Of a stretch of DNA of 64,000 bases, positions 13,420-27,379 are shown in pieces. The DNA is from Sphyrna mokarran (Eukaryota), in NCBI GenBank assembly GCA_024679065.1, contig JAGIQG010000005.1, positions 50,716,001 to 50,780,000 of the forward strand, read 5' to 3'. Position numbers and translations under genes: made by a program. Each line of letters begins with the position of its first letter. Position 1 is the stretch's first letter. The notes under the pieces were generated by a model. It was not told the DNA's origin, did not search any database, and worked only from the letters and a program-made list of their open reading frames with translations.

Positions 13420-15130
13420 GACAGCACCCCTGGGGTGTGCTAAACAAGGGATAATTGTGTCTGAGTGTTTTTAAATGGATATTATTTGTTTGTAATGTTT
13501 TGAGTTCATTTATTTCTGCCTCATCTTGGAATGTAATCAGATGAACAATATTTCATATGAAATTGTTGGTGCATGGAGGGATCAGTCTAATTTTGCTGCA
13601 ATATTAATGTTTTTTAGGATAGTTTAGTTTTCCCAATTGTCTATACTGTTTTTGGATTGATAATTTGGAGATGGACATGCCTTCTATAGATGGAGGTTCA
13701 GTATGCATTCTCAACCCCTGTTGCAAGTTTAAATTTGCTTTTTTAAAGGTCTTGAATCCCCATTATGCTGAAGACTTATCCTATCTTGCATATTATCATA
13801 AAAGTCAAATGAAGTATATTGCACCAAGTCTGTATGTCTATTTTCCTCTGTGGAACAGCTTTGATATTCATCCTTCAATGTTTCTATAAGTGATGTTTTC
13901 ATGAATCACTCATTTGCTAGAAGGTGACTCAATCTAATCCTTCACTTCTCCATGTATCAAATATTTTCTGAAAATTATGACATTTTTGCACAAAATTGGC
14001 AGATCTAATATTTTCATTCTATACCACAAACTGTCCATTGAGTTTCTATACAGAGTTTGAGCTGCAATTGTTCTGCATGGATTGATTGAGGAAGGTGAGT
14101 TTATTTTACAGTTGTCTTATTTTATTTTTATGGACAGAATAAGCTTGTTTCTATTTATGTTTGATGAATGAGGAGCTATTTGCCGTATCATTAACCCTTA
14201 AGAGTCTGTGAAAGAGGCAACTAAAAATTGTACTTACCATTGTACCTCCCTCATACCTTTATTGGAGACTTGTGATTACAGTTCAAAGTTTGAGATAGTG
14301 CAGCAGATTTGGTACCTACTTGAATGTATTATGGACTTGTTCCATAATCATTACATTGGGCTTTACATTATAGGAGATTGAGTTCATTATAATTGTTTTT
14401 ATCACACTCAACTGAATTGTGTATTTGTTCTTCCTGCATTATTCCCGTTAGGTTCCATAACAGGATATTTGTTATTGCTTTCCTGTTCTTTGGAAGTTAA
14501 TGGTTATCTCACATTGTTCACTATGAAAGAAGGATTTATTAAATTTGGTTCAATTGGGAAGAATAATATGTTCTTTCCATGTACCTTATTTGCTGAAAGT
14601 CTCTTTTTTAATGTATTTTACATGGAAACAGAATAGGTTGGGCTAGTCCTATTGTTCAGAGATAAATTCTGAGTTTATTCTGTAGCTATTCTTGGTGACA
14701 TGACTTTATCTTTCTTCCTCGATATAGTGGCAAGGGAAGATCTGCCAAGAGCATTACACTGTGTTTTTCTGTGTTGTCTCTTCTCCTGCCCTCCTCTCCA
14801 ACTACAGCCATTTGCCCATTTTCCTCAGACTTCCATTCTCCTGCCAATGTAGTATCAAAATTGTTCTGATTACTTAACCACTTTTATCAGACTAGTCCTT
14901 TTGATTACTGAAGGTCCATCTAAAGATCTTTCCAAATGTAAATTTCTGACCTAATGTATAGGTGCAAAGCAATTGATCAATGTCAAGCCTGAATAGACCT
15001 CGTATGTTTCTGCTAAGCTCTCTTGTTGCAATCATATCTCTTGTCAATGTTTGTATGATCAAGCAACTTTGATATTAATGCACTTAATTTTCACTCAGAC
15101 ATTTGATTGTTACCAACTCACAATCAAGGT
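13420..15130 (-). mobile_element. Very old retrovirus-like/LTR gag-pro-RT relic
   Basis: Colinear degenerate motifs on the A-rich minus strand: LAETYEVYSGL (~15000, capsid-like), TSPTYSV (~14635, DTGATYSV-like), QVGTKSA (~14310), WYRMKILDL (~14010), LVQY (~13820), PKTV-RQLGKLNY (~13630). Confidence 0.35.
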
Positions 15131-15139
15131 TCTTATTTT

Positions 15140-15665
15140 TAAAGGATTTATTCTTGGCAAATGCACATCATTCGTAAGGCTGGTATTTAATTACAATCCC
15201 TAGTTATCATGAAATACAATGTTGGGCAATCTTCTTTAACCATTATAGTCTGTAAGCTAAATGCTACTGCAAAACTGCTCCAGGATTTTGATCTGATTAC
15301 TATGAAGAAATGTTGATATCTATTCAAGGTATAATAATTGATTAGGGATTTGAGATTATAGTAGTTACAAAAAAGTTGCTGCCATTATATTCCAGATGAT
15401 AAAGGTTGTGTTAGACAGGTGGTACCAAATGTGTCTTGGTGAGTTGCTGCAGTGAATCCTGCAGATAATTAAGAAGTGCAGTATGATATGATATTAGTTC
15501 ATGCTTAGGTTGGTGAATGGAATACTTATCAACTAGTCTTCTTTATCTATCCTGGATGATGTGATGTTCTTTGCAATCTTGGCAATATTCCATCATTCCA
15601 CATTCTCTTGACTTCTGCTTTGTAGATGGAGGATAGACTTTAAGGGGTCAAGGAATGAATGATGT
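15140..15665 (-). mobile_element. Decayed LINE family B 3' portion
   Basis: CCAGGATTTTGATCTG, GGTGAGTTGCTGCAGTG and TTGACTTCTGCTTTGTAGATGG align by eye to the copy at 41811-42270. Confidence 0.6.
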
Positions 15666-15779
15666 TATTTTATTATTAGCTCCATGAGGCCTACATTTAA
15701 AACAAGTTCTACCTTGTTTATTTATGTTTTAATTTTTCCATTAAGGTGGGGTGAATCAAATATGGTGACTCTTACACAA

Positions 15780-15895
15780 CGAAAACAAAAAATACTGGAA
15801 AGTCTCTGTACTTCTGACAGCATCTGTGGGGAGAGAATAGAATCAGTGCTTCGAGTTCAGCTGACTCTTCGTCAAAGCTCTCTCTTTTCTGATTT
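15780..15895 (-). repeat. Penelope-like end relic with degenerate hammerhead-like core
   Basis: AAAATACTGGAAAG...GACAGCATCTGTGGG; minus strand reads TTGACGA-AGAGTC-AGCT-GAACTC-GAAGC (15848-15875). Confidence 0.5.
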
Positions 15896-18800
15896 AAGCT
15901 ATGGTTTGTAAAATTAAATTCCCAATGGAAGGTAACGCGCTCCTTCAAACAAAAAGAAATGTGTCTCTTATTCAGATATTGTGTGAGTGCGATCCAAGCG
16001 GAGAGGTCTCTTACAATGACTTGAATCTGCCGTGTGTACCTAATTTAAAGGGACGGGGTCCCTCCTCTACTAATACATTAAGCTGCCACTGTGGGAGCAG
16101 CGAGTATGACTGACTGATTAGTTTGCATTTGGTATATTCCACTTCGCAAGTCAGGACTATAAGAACTAAAATGAAACGGAATCATGACTTCAGCAGAAAT
16201 TAATCCTTGACTTATTTCCCTTTATATTGCAATCAATTCTACTTCCATCCTTTTTTTGTTCGGTTTTCAAAAGATACTTAAATATAATACAAATATATAG
16301 ACAGTGAAACAACTAGCTAGCAAAAATTGAATTGTTGTAGTAATATGTAATCAAGTCCCAAATTGTTGGTTTTAAGAAATATACCGGTCGTGTGCAACAC
16401 TTCTTATCAGGCGCAGCCTCACAGTGCATGTTGTAACATGGACATCTATTAAATCTGGAGAGTGTCTCTACATATTATTACCTTGGATACGCTGGTTTCC
16501 TGTCTTTCAGTAGAACCTGTAAATAAATTACGGACATTAACCGAGTGTACTGTTTTACCTGACAGGCAGACAACGAAAGCCGCACTTCTCCCCAAGACCA
16601 ATCGGTTACATTCGGATGAGTTTGCTTAAAGTTTTAGCTTAACGGCGAGCTTCTTAGCGATGTATAAAATAGGACTTTTATGGCAAAATTACTGCTCCCA
16701 ATTATTCAGCTGAAGATTGAATGGTTTAAATGTACCGTCGGAAATGGTTTGCAGTTTTGTCACGATCTTTTTTATGCACATAACCTATTTGATAGTGGTC
16801 TGTTCGCACCTCCACTTGTTGCTTTAGTTCCATATACAGGGGAATATAGCGTGAATTGCTCCCAATAAAATCAGGATCACAAACTGCAACAAATATCAGT
16901 TTTATGTCTGTGTGTTTGTGTCTGTTAGGTTCAGTAATGCAATCCATTATCCCTCAATCAAGTTGTTAATGGTAAAGTATTAATGTTCTGGTATGCACTT
17001 GTGTTTTGTTTTTTTTTCCTGATTGGAAATTCTAGGACTGTAACATCTATTTTACCTGAAATATTTACTATAGAATTTGAAAAGATTGAATTGAAATGTA
17101 CTGGGGAGGCACTAACTTTTACGAATTGAAATATTCTCTCTTTTTATATGAGTGTTGATCTTACAGATTTCTATTCTTTTCCTCAAACGATGTAAACAGC
17201 AGATTTGGGATAAATTAATTTTATAAATCAAAACAATTATTACAGTTTGAGATAATCTGTTCGGATTTTTAGTTGGTAATTATCAAGTTAATGGCCGGAA
17301 TCAGTGATTCAATATTGGCGGGAAAGTCAACGCAAGAAATTGCATTAATCAGTATGAGCCACCTGTATACCTGCCAATTCTGCGATTCAAAAACTACCTG
17401 AAAACTCATTCTCGGCATTTAATATTTCCAACAGACACAATCTAATTGTGCTAAGCGTCAAAACTCTCAGTTTGACTTTATATTATGCAAATTCAAGAGT
17501 TATGTTGACTTTCGAGTCTATTGGCATCTGTTATTGGGTGACATGTTCTTTAATTGATTGAAGACAAATTTAAGGAATAGTTCCCTTGCACTTATCGCCG
17601 ATTTTACATAAAATAGTTTATCAGGAGTATACTTTCTTTTCAACTTCAACGCAAGATTTTGCTGTCGACGTGACTTATTTCATATAATTTCTCATCGACG
17701 ATAAATCCTGAACTTTGCAATCGCGCAGATCAAAGTTTTCTGCATCATGAACTTATACTTCCGCAAAGATAATGTGATTAAGAATTTTAAAATTCTAAAA
17801 TTGGAAGGCTTGTTTAATTCGGTGCGTATGGTGCTGACAATCGCATCTTTGTGAAACCGTGTTCTTGGATTTTTTAAAAAATTAAACGTATCTGTCAACA
17901 TTTGCTTTTCTTTAGATTGTTTCATTTTTGTAACATTGATTATGTTGGTCCCATCTTTTTATTTTGCATTATTTTAAGCAGCCGAATAGAAAATAAGGAT
18001 CAAATTACATGTACAGTATGGTGTCCTTGTCCTATCCGCCTGCACTTTGTATAACTTGCTGGCATTTCAGACTTGGACGTTCTTTGATGTTTAATGCAGG
18101 GGAAAATATACAAAATCGGGATGATCGAAGCGGACAGGTCACTGGGTCCATGTTCTCAGTACTTAGAGGAATGCAAGACTGGTATTTATTTCGCATCTTA
18201 AGCGACATCAGGACGTCCCAAAATGTCCTGCTACCCCAATGAAGTACATTTCAGGAAAAGTCGTGGTTACGCGACGACACGGATATAATTTTTATAGTTT
18301 GTAGCTTGTGTATTTTGAGGAGTGAATTTTCCTTACACCTGACTTTAACGCATTAGTCTTTTTGTGTGTAGTTGGGAAATATTGACACCGTCCCAGTTGA
18401 TTAATGATGGTGTTCAAGTGGATGCAAAACTGTGTATCAGGATGTATTTTCTAAACTTCCTGCAATCATAATATTTACCTAAACAGGCGCTGACTCTAAT
18501 GGGATATTCTGGTTGAGCCGTGCTATCGCGGTGAAGTTCTGCTTCTTTGCCATGGGCTCTGTTTCACTTCAATGTGCTCACAAATACGTAAGAAGTTACA
18601 AGACAGTTTGACTCCAGATTACTGATTCTAAAATAAATGAACAGAGTATCTTCAAACTTCTTCTTGTCGTTTAATTGAATACAATTTAAATCAATCGCTA
18701 CATTAGGTTCCGTTACATATATAAAAAACTCAATCCCCCAGACAGATGATCCCCCGATTTACGCGCCCAATAATTTGCCACTCTGTTGATGGTTGGTAAC

Positions 18801-20022
18801 TGCGTTTTCCAGTTACCCGGGAAAGGCGCTGCGGGAAATTTTTATCCCTTTAAGGGTAGCACGGAGAAACTTATTCATTATCGAAATTCGTAAATGACAC
18901 GCACGTGTAAATAACTAGAAAGAGCGTAACGAGCAAAAATCAAACATTTGCAATATACACAACATAATCCCTAAGGTGGGAGCGTTTTCTAAGTTTGCAT
19001 TCTATGTGAAAGTGAGATCGAAAGTTTGTTCATTCACAATGTTTCTCTGCTGCTGGTAGACGCCAGCTTGATCCACTAGTTCAGCAGCTCGGAACAGATT
19101 CATTTTCCTGTTGACACTGTAGGTTTTAGCAGCACACCCGATATTACCATTTCTCATTTACCAACCTATACTGAGGCACTGGAATGTTGATAGACGAGCG
19201 TGAGTTAGGCTTTACGCAATAAGAAAATCTGATAGAATATACATTAATCTTCATGCATTGAATTAAGATCTCATGTTTTTGATGCGAACCCTAATCGAAA
19301 ACATACATAATTTTCCTCATCCCGCTACCGTCTATCTGGACATTTTATACCCACGCGTACATTGTAGCGTTAAATTGTTACCCTTTACAAAGCGTCTGCA
19401 ACTTGGAACCGAGTTCACCAGCCTGTCCGCTGTGCAGTGCCCCATCCAGATGTTTTCTGAAGCGCAGGGCGACTTCTTGGGATCTGGTCTGCTTTGGGCG
19501 AAAGTTTCAACTCCTGCGAAGTAATCTATTCAAGTAATCAGTTGAAATTGTTCTGCTTTGTGTGGCCACATGCACACGTGCATAACAATGAACATTTAAA
19601 GGGACCACAATTGGGACGTTTTCTAAAGGTCACGCTTTGCCCTGGGATGGTGGGGGGTGGTGGTGGTGGGGGGGGGGAGTGTTAAACCCAAACGCGAGAC
19701 AATTATTAGTATTGGAAAGTATTACATTTTATAGTAAACGTCATGTTTGTGTGCTGCTGCCAAATAGGACTAATCCTATGCCACGTCAATGAAGTCAATG
19801 CAATATTCATTAACATGCACAGTTCTACTCCACCGGAACTAAGAGGTATTGACCACAGTACAACAACATTTTGTTTGATTAATCGTAAAACATTGCAGGA
19901 TGGTGCATGAACAACTGACACTTACCTTAAATTAACTTGTATGCAAATTTGCCTGTGGAGTGCCTCACACAAACCGACTGCCAGCTTTCTTTCACTGGTT
20001 GGTCAATGATCCAAAGGTAAAT

Positions 20023-20188
20023 GGTCCAAAGATGCGCGGGTTAGGTGGATTGGCCATGCTAAAGTACCCCTTAGTGTCGGGGAAACTAGCAGGGTAAATA
20101 CATGGACTTACGGAGATAGGGTCTGGGTGGAATTGCCGCCGGCGTAGGCTCGATGGGCCAAATGATCTCCTTCTGCACTGCAGGGATT
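20023..20188 (+). mobile_element. HE1 V-SINE 3' half (CR1-type tail)
   Basis: GTCCAAAGATGCGCGGGTTAGGTGGATTGGCCATGCTAAA...CTCGATGGGCCAAATGATCTCCTTCTGCACTG. Confidence 0.85.
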
Positions 20189-21349
20189 GATCAAGGTACA
20201 TTCAGCCTGATTGTAACAAGCAGCCAGTGATTTGGCGACATTCAGTATGTTGCCGTCTGTATAAACAAAACTTTCGTTTACCACCAACTTTTCACACGGT
20301 TGGGGGTTTCATATTGCATTTTTCGTTGCAAGATCCTTAATGATGTCGCGGCGTAAAAATGTCATAAAAGCAGTAATTTCAGGCAGATTGTTACAGCTGT
20401 AAACAGAACATGAAGGTTTCGAAAGCCTTTGGAAACGGCAGTGGCCTATTCTAACCGATAGGGCGCGCCGTTGTATCGCGTTCAGTCAGTCTGGAGTGGA
20501 AGACAGCTCACACAGGCACACAAACACACTAACTTTCAAAACACTTCATATTTTATGTGTACGTTAAGAGGTTTGGAGCTTCTATTGAATGTGTCGGTGC
20601 TGGAAGATATTCAAATCAGGTATCCTTTAAAGACAAATGTCTCCATTGAAGCCATAGATAAACTGTATCTAACAACTGACAAAATATCCTATCTACACCA
20701 GCTTAGCATGCACTTGCCTGAATGTTTTCAGAGAATTGCCAGTATTGTTAGTAAACATTCAACAATGTGGCTGACAGCAGTGCTGCTCCAGTAGACTTTT
20801 TTTTCCTGATGGCGTACAAACTGCAAGAACATCAAAACTATATTCATTTCTTCGAATGAGCTGCATTAGATTTCTTGAACTAACTGCAATATGCAGAATT
20901 CATCTGGTTCTGTTGGTTTACAAGGCGGCGCCCAGAGACCAAACAGAAAACCTTTCAAGGACATGTTGGAGTGTATTTCTTAAGCTGGTCCTGAGCAACA
21001 AAAAGACCTTTACGGGAATGCCAGCGATTCTACAGTATTTTTATAATCTGACGTGAACTGGAGCATTACACATTTGGATTAAAAAAACGCTTCATATACT
21101 TGTTTTGCTTCCCATAAGCGTTTACACAGGCTGGTCGATGTAAACACTGAATTGTTGGGGACCCAAAATACAACGAATTAATTCTAAATACCCACATGAA
21201 AATACCCACATTTCTCAATAGTTTAAACTTGCCCTGATATGTTTCCCTTCAAAGTTTCCTCGCATTTTCAATTAAATAAATTGATTTAAAAAAAACTTTA
21301 TAAGTTGCTGGCACCATTCATCGGCATTTAGGTCATAATTCGTTTTGGC

Positions 21350-21580
21350 AAGATAACACCTGCGAGCTCCCCTCAAAGCCACCCGCTGTCCTGACTTGGA
21401 AATACATCGCCGTTCCTTCGCAGTCATTGGGTCAAAATCGTGGAATTCTCTCCCTAACAACATTATGGGTCAACCCACAGAACATGGACTGCAGCGATTC
21501 GAGAAGGCAGCTCACCACTAACTACCTTCTCGAGGACAGCTAGGGATGGAAAACAAATGCTGGCACGAATGAATACAAAA
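21350..21580 (+). mobile_element. LINE family B 3' end
   Basis: CTGACTTGGAAATACATCGCCGTTCCTTCGCAGTC...GGACTGCAGCGATTCGAGAAGGCAGCTCACCAC; homologous to 41811-41930 reversed. Confidence 0.8.
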
Positions 21581-24500
21581 AGATACATTGCTACCAATAC
21601 ACAACATGATATAGGAGAAATATTATCTGTCTGTGTTTTAATTGTGCACCCTTATTAAAGATGCAGTTCTATAATCCTAATTCCAGGAAAGTCAAAGATT
21701 TAGTAAATGGATTAATAATTGATTGTCTCTCCCGCATAGGTCCTGCTTCTATTGCTTTGGGGCCAGAATTACAAAGAGAATCCGAATTATAATGCACAGT
21801 GCGCCAAGAAACTTTTTCACCTAACATGCAGTCAGTCTCCTTTCGTGCTGTGAATATTTTATTTACTGTGACTGGCTCCTAAATTATCAAATCGGTCGCT
21901 ACACTAAAAAAACTCTACAAAACTGATATAAAGAAAAATGTGTCAGGGAAGTCCCCCTAGCTATTTTAACAAAATTACAAATTCTGAATTCGCCAACGCT
22001 TCATTTCTATTTATTAAAAAGTACATATCTGGAAAAAATCAAAATTCAACTGACTTTTTTATTCATATTTTGATTGATCTTAAACTCCTCTTGTCCTCAC
22101 ACGTACGCCTAAACTTATCCCTAACTATGACACCTACGATGAATTTCCCTCAATGCTAAACTTCATTTCAAATTGTAGCTACGCCACGCCAATTAAGTCA
22201 GTCTGTCCAGCCCACGAGTGCCAGTGACCAAACAGCAAGCAGTAACTCACATGCAAGTGAATGATATTTAATTGCTGGCGCTGAGATTATACATTCTATG
22301 TACGCATCTGCTGTAAAACAAATAGTGGAAGTAAATATTCCGAAAAGCGCGAGCCGCGAATTTGCTATAATGAAAGCAGCAAGTTAATAAAAAAAACCGC
22401 AAAAAGACTGCGAAGAAGTAGGTCCCTTAACTGGCGTACGTGTTACCAACTTTCATCACGTAAAATTAAGTCAACTTTACATTTTCAATAGCAAAAATCG
22501 GCATCGCTGTGAAAATGTGCATTTGCACCATATTCATTGGCCAGTGTTCTATTGATCGCTTTGGTGGTGTGAGGCACCTGATTCGTTAATAGATGGAAAT
22601 CTATTGTCTTCGTTTACAGAGTATATTATGATCAGCGACAAACATAACTATCCTCTAAAATATAATTTCCAGGTATCAGTCACCTGCTCATAAACCGGCA
22701 TCATTATATGTTATTCATTTGCAGACAGGATGCATTGTAATTTATCGGTCTTAGAATAATTTAGCAATTTGTAGAATCAAAAGTACATTTGGCCTCATTT
22801 ATTTCTTGCTGTTTTGGGAAGGTGCGCCCATCTTATTTTACTTGCAACAGCGAGCTGCGTTTTAATGGAGTCCTATGCTGGGTATGGGTTCCTTTCCAAT
22901 GTCATTATCAAACACATGAAGGAGCCGATGAACGGCACGATATAATAAACAACAAGGTCGCCAAATTGAAACAATGTTTCGTTAACCGTTCAAAAACTTA
23001 ATTCCCACTTTTTTTTTACAAAAGGTACATGTTTTTTTTACTAGATGACAGCCAACGATAGGATTGAGCCTGGCTACTGTTCTACAAATCAACCACATCT
23101 GATTATCCTATCGGATTGCTTAATGTGCCTGTTTTTGTATAAAATGCTAACGTCGAAACGTTGACAAATATCATGCAAGGTATCACAGGGTAATGGAACT
23201 GGATGACTACATGTACTGTCGAAAAAGCTGCGACCGCCTGATCTGCAGAATCCTGTAAACACGTGTCTTTCATTTCGTTTCCCCGTCCTCTAAGAACAGC
23301 TTACAGATCGGTTACTGACTGCAATACTTGAGCTGTGTTATGTGAATACATGTGGCCTCCCAATGATCTATTCCGCTCAGAGTTAAACAAATCAATCACA
23401 ATGCAAAGTGATACGGGAATTCCTACAAAACCTCATTTCCACTGGTTTCACATTACTTTCTCGCCCTTGTACTCAATGATTGACAGGAGACATCTCTATT
23501 GTAACTGTGAGAGCACCCTTCACCTTCTTATTGTCTACATGCGTGTGTTTTTTGATGTGTGTGTCGGTGCATATGTGTAGGCTGCGTTCATGTTCACGGA
23601 AACGTGACTGGATCTATGTTGTATAACTTTACTTTTTCCCCCCAATCTGTCTGCATCACCTGCATATGTGCTAGTCTGTCTGGACATCCGTTGTCTGTGT
23701 ACAGATATAATCCTGTTTGTGCCACGTATGGGCTTATGCATTTATTGTGCGTATGCTTATCCCACTCTGCGTCACCTTATACGTGTGTGCAAGCCATGGA
23801 TTTCAATTTTCAGTATTCCAATGGATCAAATAATGGGGTCTGGCTCAGAGCTCTGTACCGCCTGCACTGTCATTGCGCGGACACATTCAGCTTTCAAAAT
23901 TATCCCACTATCCAAATACTGGTGTAGCTGGCGGAAGAGGGTGTCTGAGAATTCGGCTGGGCAATGCGTTAACATACAATTTGATTTTCGGAATTATTGG
24001 GTCCTCCAGTTTCTAAGGGTTCCTACGAGTCAGTTACGAGTTCACCTAATTCAGTGCACAGAAGGTGCTGATGAATTTTTTTTTATGTGCCTGGTAATAG
24101 CTTGTGTAACTCTGCTCTCCCGCATGGACGTGCCTTTCTCAATGTGTCGAAGTTCTTAAGAGTCTGCCGCAGCCTTTTCTTCTACCAACTCCCGTACAGT
24201 TTTGTTGGAGTTTGGACCATGCTTACTTTGGACATTAGAGCCGGTGGCTTTGTTCGTGTATTTACATAAAGCGGCCTCTAGTAGTTTCAACCTAAGTTCG
24301 CATAGTTTTGAAGTGAAACCTGTGAACGCGCCCTTGATTCTGCTTTCTATTTAAACTCGAGTAAATGAACCATCCAACCGCAAACACTCCCCCAACCCCC
24401 ATGAATTAATTCAAACCGTTACTTATACAATTGGATTGTTTCAGTTTTGGATTTAAACAAAAAGACCTAAAGCTTCTAATTTGACTGATTCCCTTCAATT

Positions 24501-24814
24501 GTCCAATTAGCTTTCCCCACTCCCCTCCCTCCGAAACCCCCGGGTTAAAATCTATTCTGTACTTGGTGTTAATAACTTGCGGCTCGAATCTGGATGTTTT
24601 ATGGGCTAGTGGAGGTGTGGGGGAGGGGGAAGAGGGGGTGTTGAAATGCGACCAACAAGTAACTCATTTTTGAATGTTTCAAAGGAACTGAGAATCTAAC
24701 CACAACACAGAGGTATCAACACTGACAGAATCACCATTCTCATCTAGCAAATATATATATTCGTTAACGGTCTATAACGAATCCGCGTTCAGTTCTATCA
24801 TCTTGCCTTATTTG

Positions 24815-24833
24815 TATATATATATATATATAT
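24815..24833. repeat. (TA)n microsatellite
   Basis: Perfect TA run. Confidence 0.95.
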
Positions 24834-27379
24834 TTCTAAACATTACAATGTTTTAAAAAATGAATTTTAGGATTATCATTATATATAAATCAACCAACAT
24901 TAATGGAAACGTTTGTTCTAACTTAGTTTACACAGATCACAACGGTGTTTTGATACATTCATTGCATCAGCATTTTTTGCAATAACGAATTTGTAGTTTC
25001 CGATTATGTGTTAGCTGTTGGAATTCTTCCCCGCCCCCGTCCTCCGGCCAAAGAAGTCGGGAAACCTCACAAACTCTTCCCTGCGGCGTATTATTTATTT
25101 CCGACGTCGATATGAGTTTTCACTAAAATCACTTTTCTGTTTGAATTTATTTTAGTTTTATTTATTTATTTATTTTATTCAAATCAATTTTTAAGGCTAA
25201 AATATGGGGGTTACGAAATGGTTCGCTGTCACTTTGCCAAGTTCCCTGGGACAGGAAATTTAAATCTTACTCATCGTATTCATGAGTTTGAAAGAGCGTG
25301 CGAAACAGGACGGTGCAAACACTGTGTTGGATCAATTGTATGTCTAAATGATGATTCTAACTTGATCCTGCCTAAAAAAAATTTTGGTCAATTTTACAAT
25401 GCGTGCTTTATGTCAAAAGCAAATTCTCTCCTTTTCCAGGATAATTCACAGAATGACACAGAAAGACAGACGGAATTAAACTTGACCAATTGTAAAAATA
25501 GCCCCCAGTTTACTTTGCCTCGGGCACTGTCAATGTGGAGGTTGAGGAGAGGTGGGGGGTGAAACATAGTATTTTAAAACAGTGCACAAAAAACAAATTG
25601 ATAGGTACATTGCGTGAAACTGATGGTTTTGTTTAAAAAATACCGTAATAGCTAGCGCCTCCGAAACGTCCTCTTTAGATCTGGGAGCTAACCCATTCAA
25701 AACAGGCTTCCCTTTCTCCGGCCCTTTATTTCACTTGTTGGTGTGAAACTAATTTAAAAGTGGGTAGTAACATCAAATATTCCACAATTACAGGAAACTC
25801 GGCGAAGGAGAAGGGCTTTGCCGTGCTCGACAGATGGGGCAACTTCTAAATATCGATTGCATTTATGGTTTAAAAAAATGAGGGTTGGCTGCCTTTTTTC
25901 TGTAAGTGCGTGAATTTAATTCGCAACAGTTAAATAAATACTGATTTTAAAAAGTTACTTTTCTAGCCGCCCACATGTTTAGGTTGGAATAGCTCACAAT
26001 GGACATGTATTATATGAAAAAGACCGATTTGAGGTAAATCATTTCTATGTGATCACCAACGCCGTATCCAAGTCATAGATACATAGTCACCACTTTGATA
26101 AAGTTTAATAACTCTACGGGAACCACGATGTAAGAAAATATTCAGGGAAAAACTCGTTTATGATGCCCCTCCAGTTTTTACCCGCTTTTTCATAAATAAC
26201 CAACCTATCCGATGAGTAACTTGTTTTTAACTAACGATGCCTGGTCACAGGTTTAAATAAATGCTCACTCCGTGAGACCAACTCTCCCCCAACTCCACCG
26301 CAAAAAAAAATGTAAATAGCAGCAGGTAAGACTAAGCAGCTGTGGAGGAGAGGCCCCTGCTGATAGTGGGCCAGTGTGGTCTGCTTGTCAGTAGAGGGCA
26401 ATCGCACTCCTTCCAGACTCTGTAATGGCAAGCTATTGAACAATGCTCCCGATCCATACCCAACTCACACATTTCACCCCATCAGCATGTTTGTGGTCAG
26501 AAAACACTTCTTCTTTCTGTCAAATTTTTCTTTGTATTGATAAGATAATTTAGCTGAATATGTTCCGCACGCGTGTAATATTGACTGAGCGCAGAAGCGA
26601 ACCGGTGTCCAGCCAGCTGGCTAGCTACACGATCTGGGGCGTTTAATTTCCAAAATAAATCTAATTTACCAAATATTGCAGCTAATTCAGAAATTAAAAA
26701 AGGCGCATCAAAAACTGCATTTTCAGTGTACATCAGTGGATCATATTATTTGATTATGGGAAAAGCCGCATCTAGTTTTTTTTTACAGTGCCGTGGAGGT
26801 AACACGTGCAAGGATGAAGGATTGTCCTTGTAACTGCTCACTACGGTTTGTGAGTTAAAATATTCAGCAATTTCAAATAATGTGGCACAGAAATAAAATG
26901 TATGCGGTTCACTTTCAACCAAAATGTTTCTACTCACTATGTGTGATACCCATTAGTTATCATCTACCAAGCCACGGATAAGAAATAAAGATTTAGCTTA
27001 GTTTAAGCTTTAAAATGTGAAATACCGATTCAGTAAGTAAACAAATCTATGTGTGCACGATTATAACATTCGCACCTGCTGAGCTAGTAACGATTTGAAA
27101 ACATATTCTGTATGTAAACGCCCACAAAAACAAAATACATAATACTTGCGGAATCAACATATTTTATATGGTAGATGTAAACATTTATATATGTGTGTGT
27201 CTCAATATCTAGGATTAGCTTCATGAAGTTAATGCCGTGCCTACATAAATGAATAATATATTCATATACTTATTAGAATAATAAAAGTAAGGCCACGATA
27301 AGGATTTGGAAGACAAGCTAAACGCTCTCGCCCAGCCGCTCAAAAAATCATTGCCCACAAAGCCAAGACAGAAGACTTC

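Noticed and set aside
19645-19680. G-run tract as a functional G-quadruplex
   Set aside because: G-rich simple runs are scattered throughout (24616, 28112, 50575, 57413) with no specific context
23335-24269. Overlapping 60-163 aa ORFs
   Set aside because: Cys/Val-rich products of degenerate TG-rich sequence; no recognisable domain
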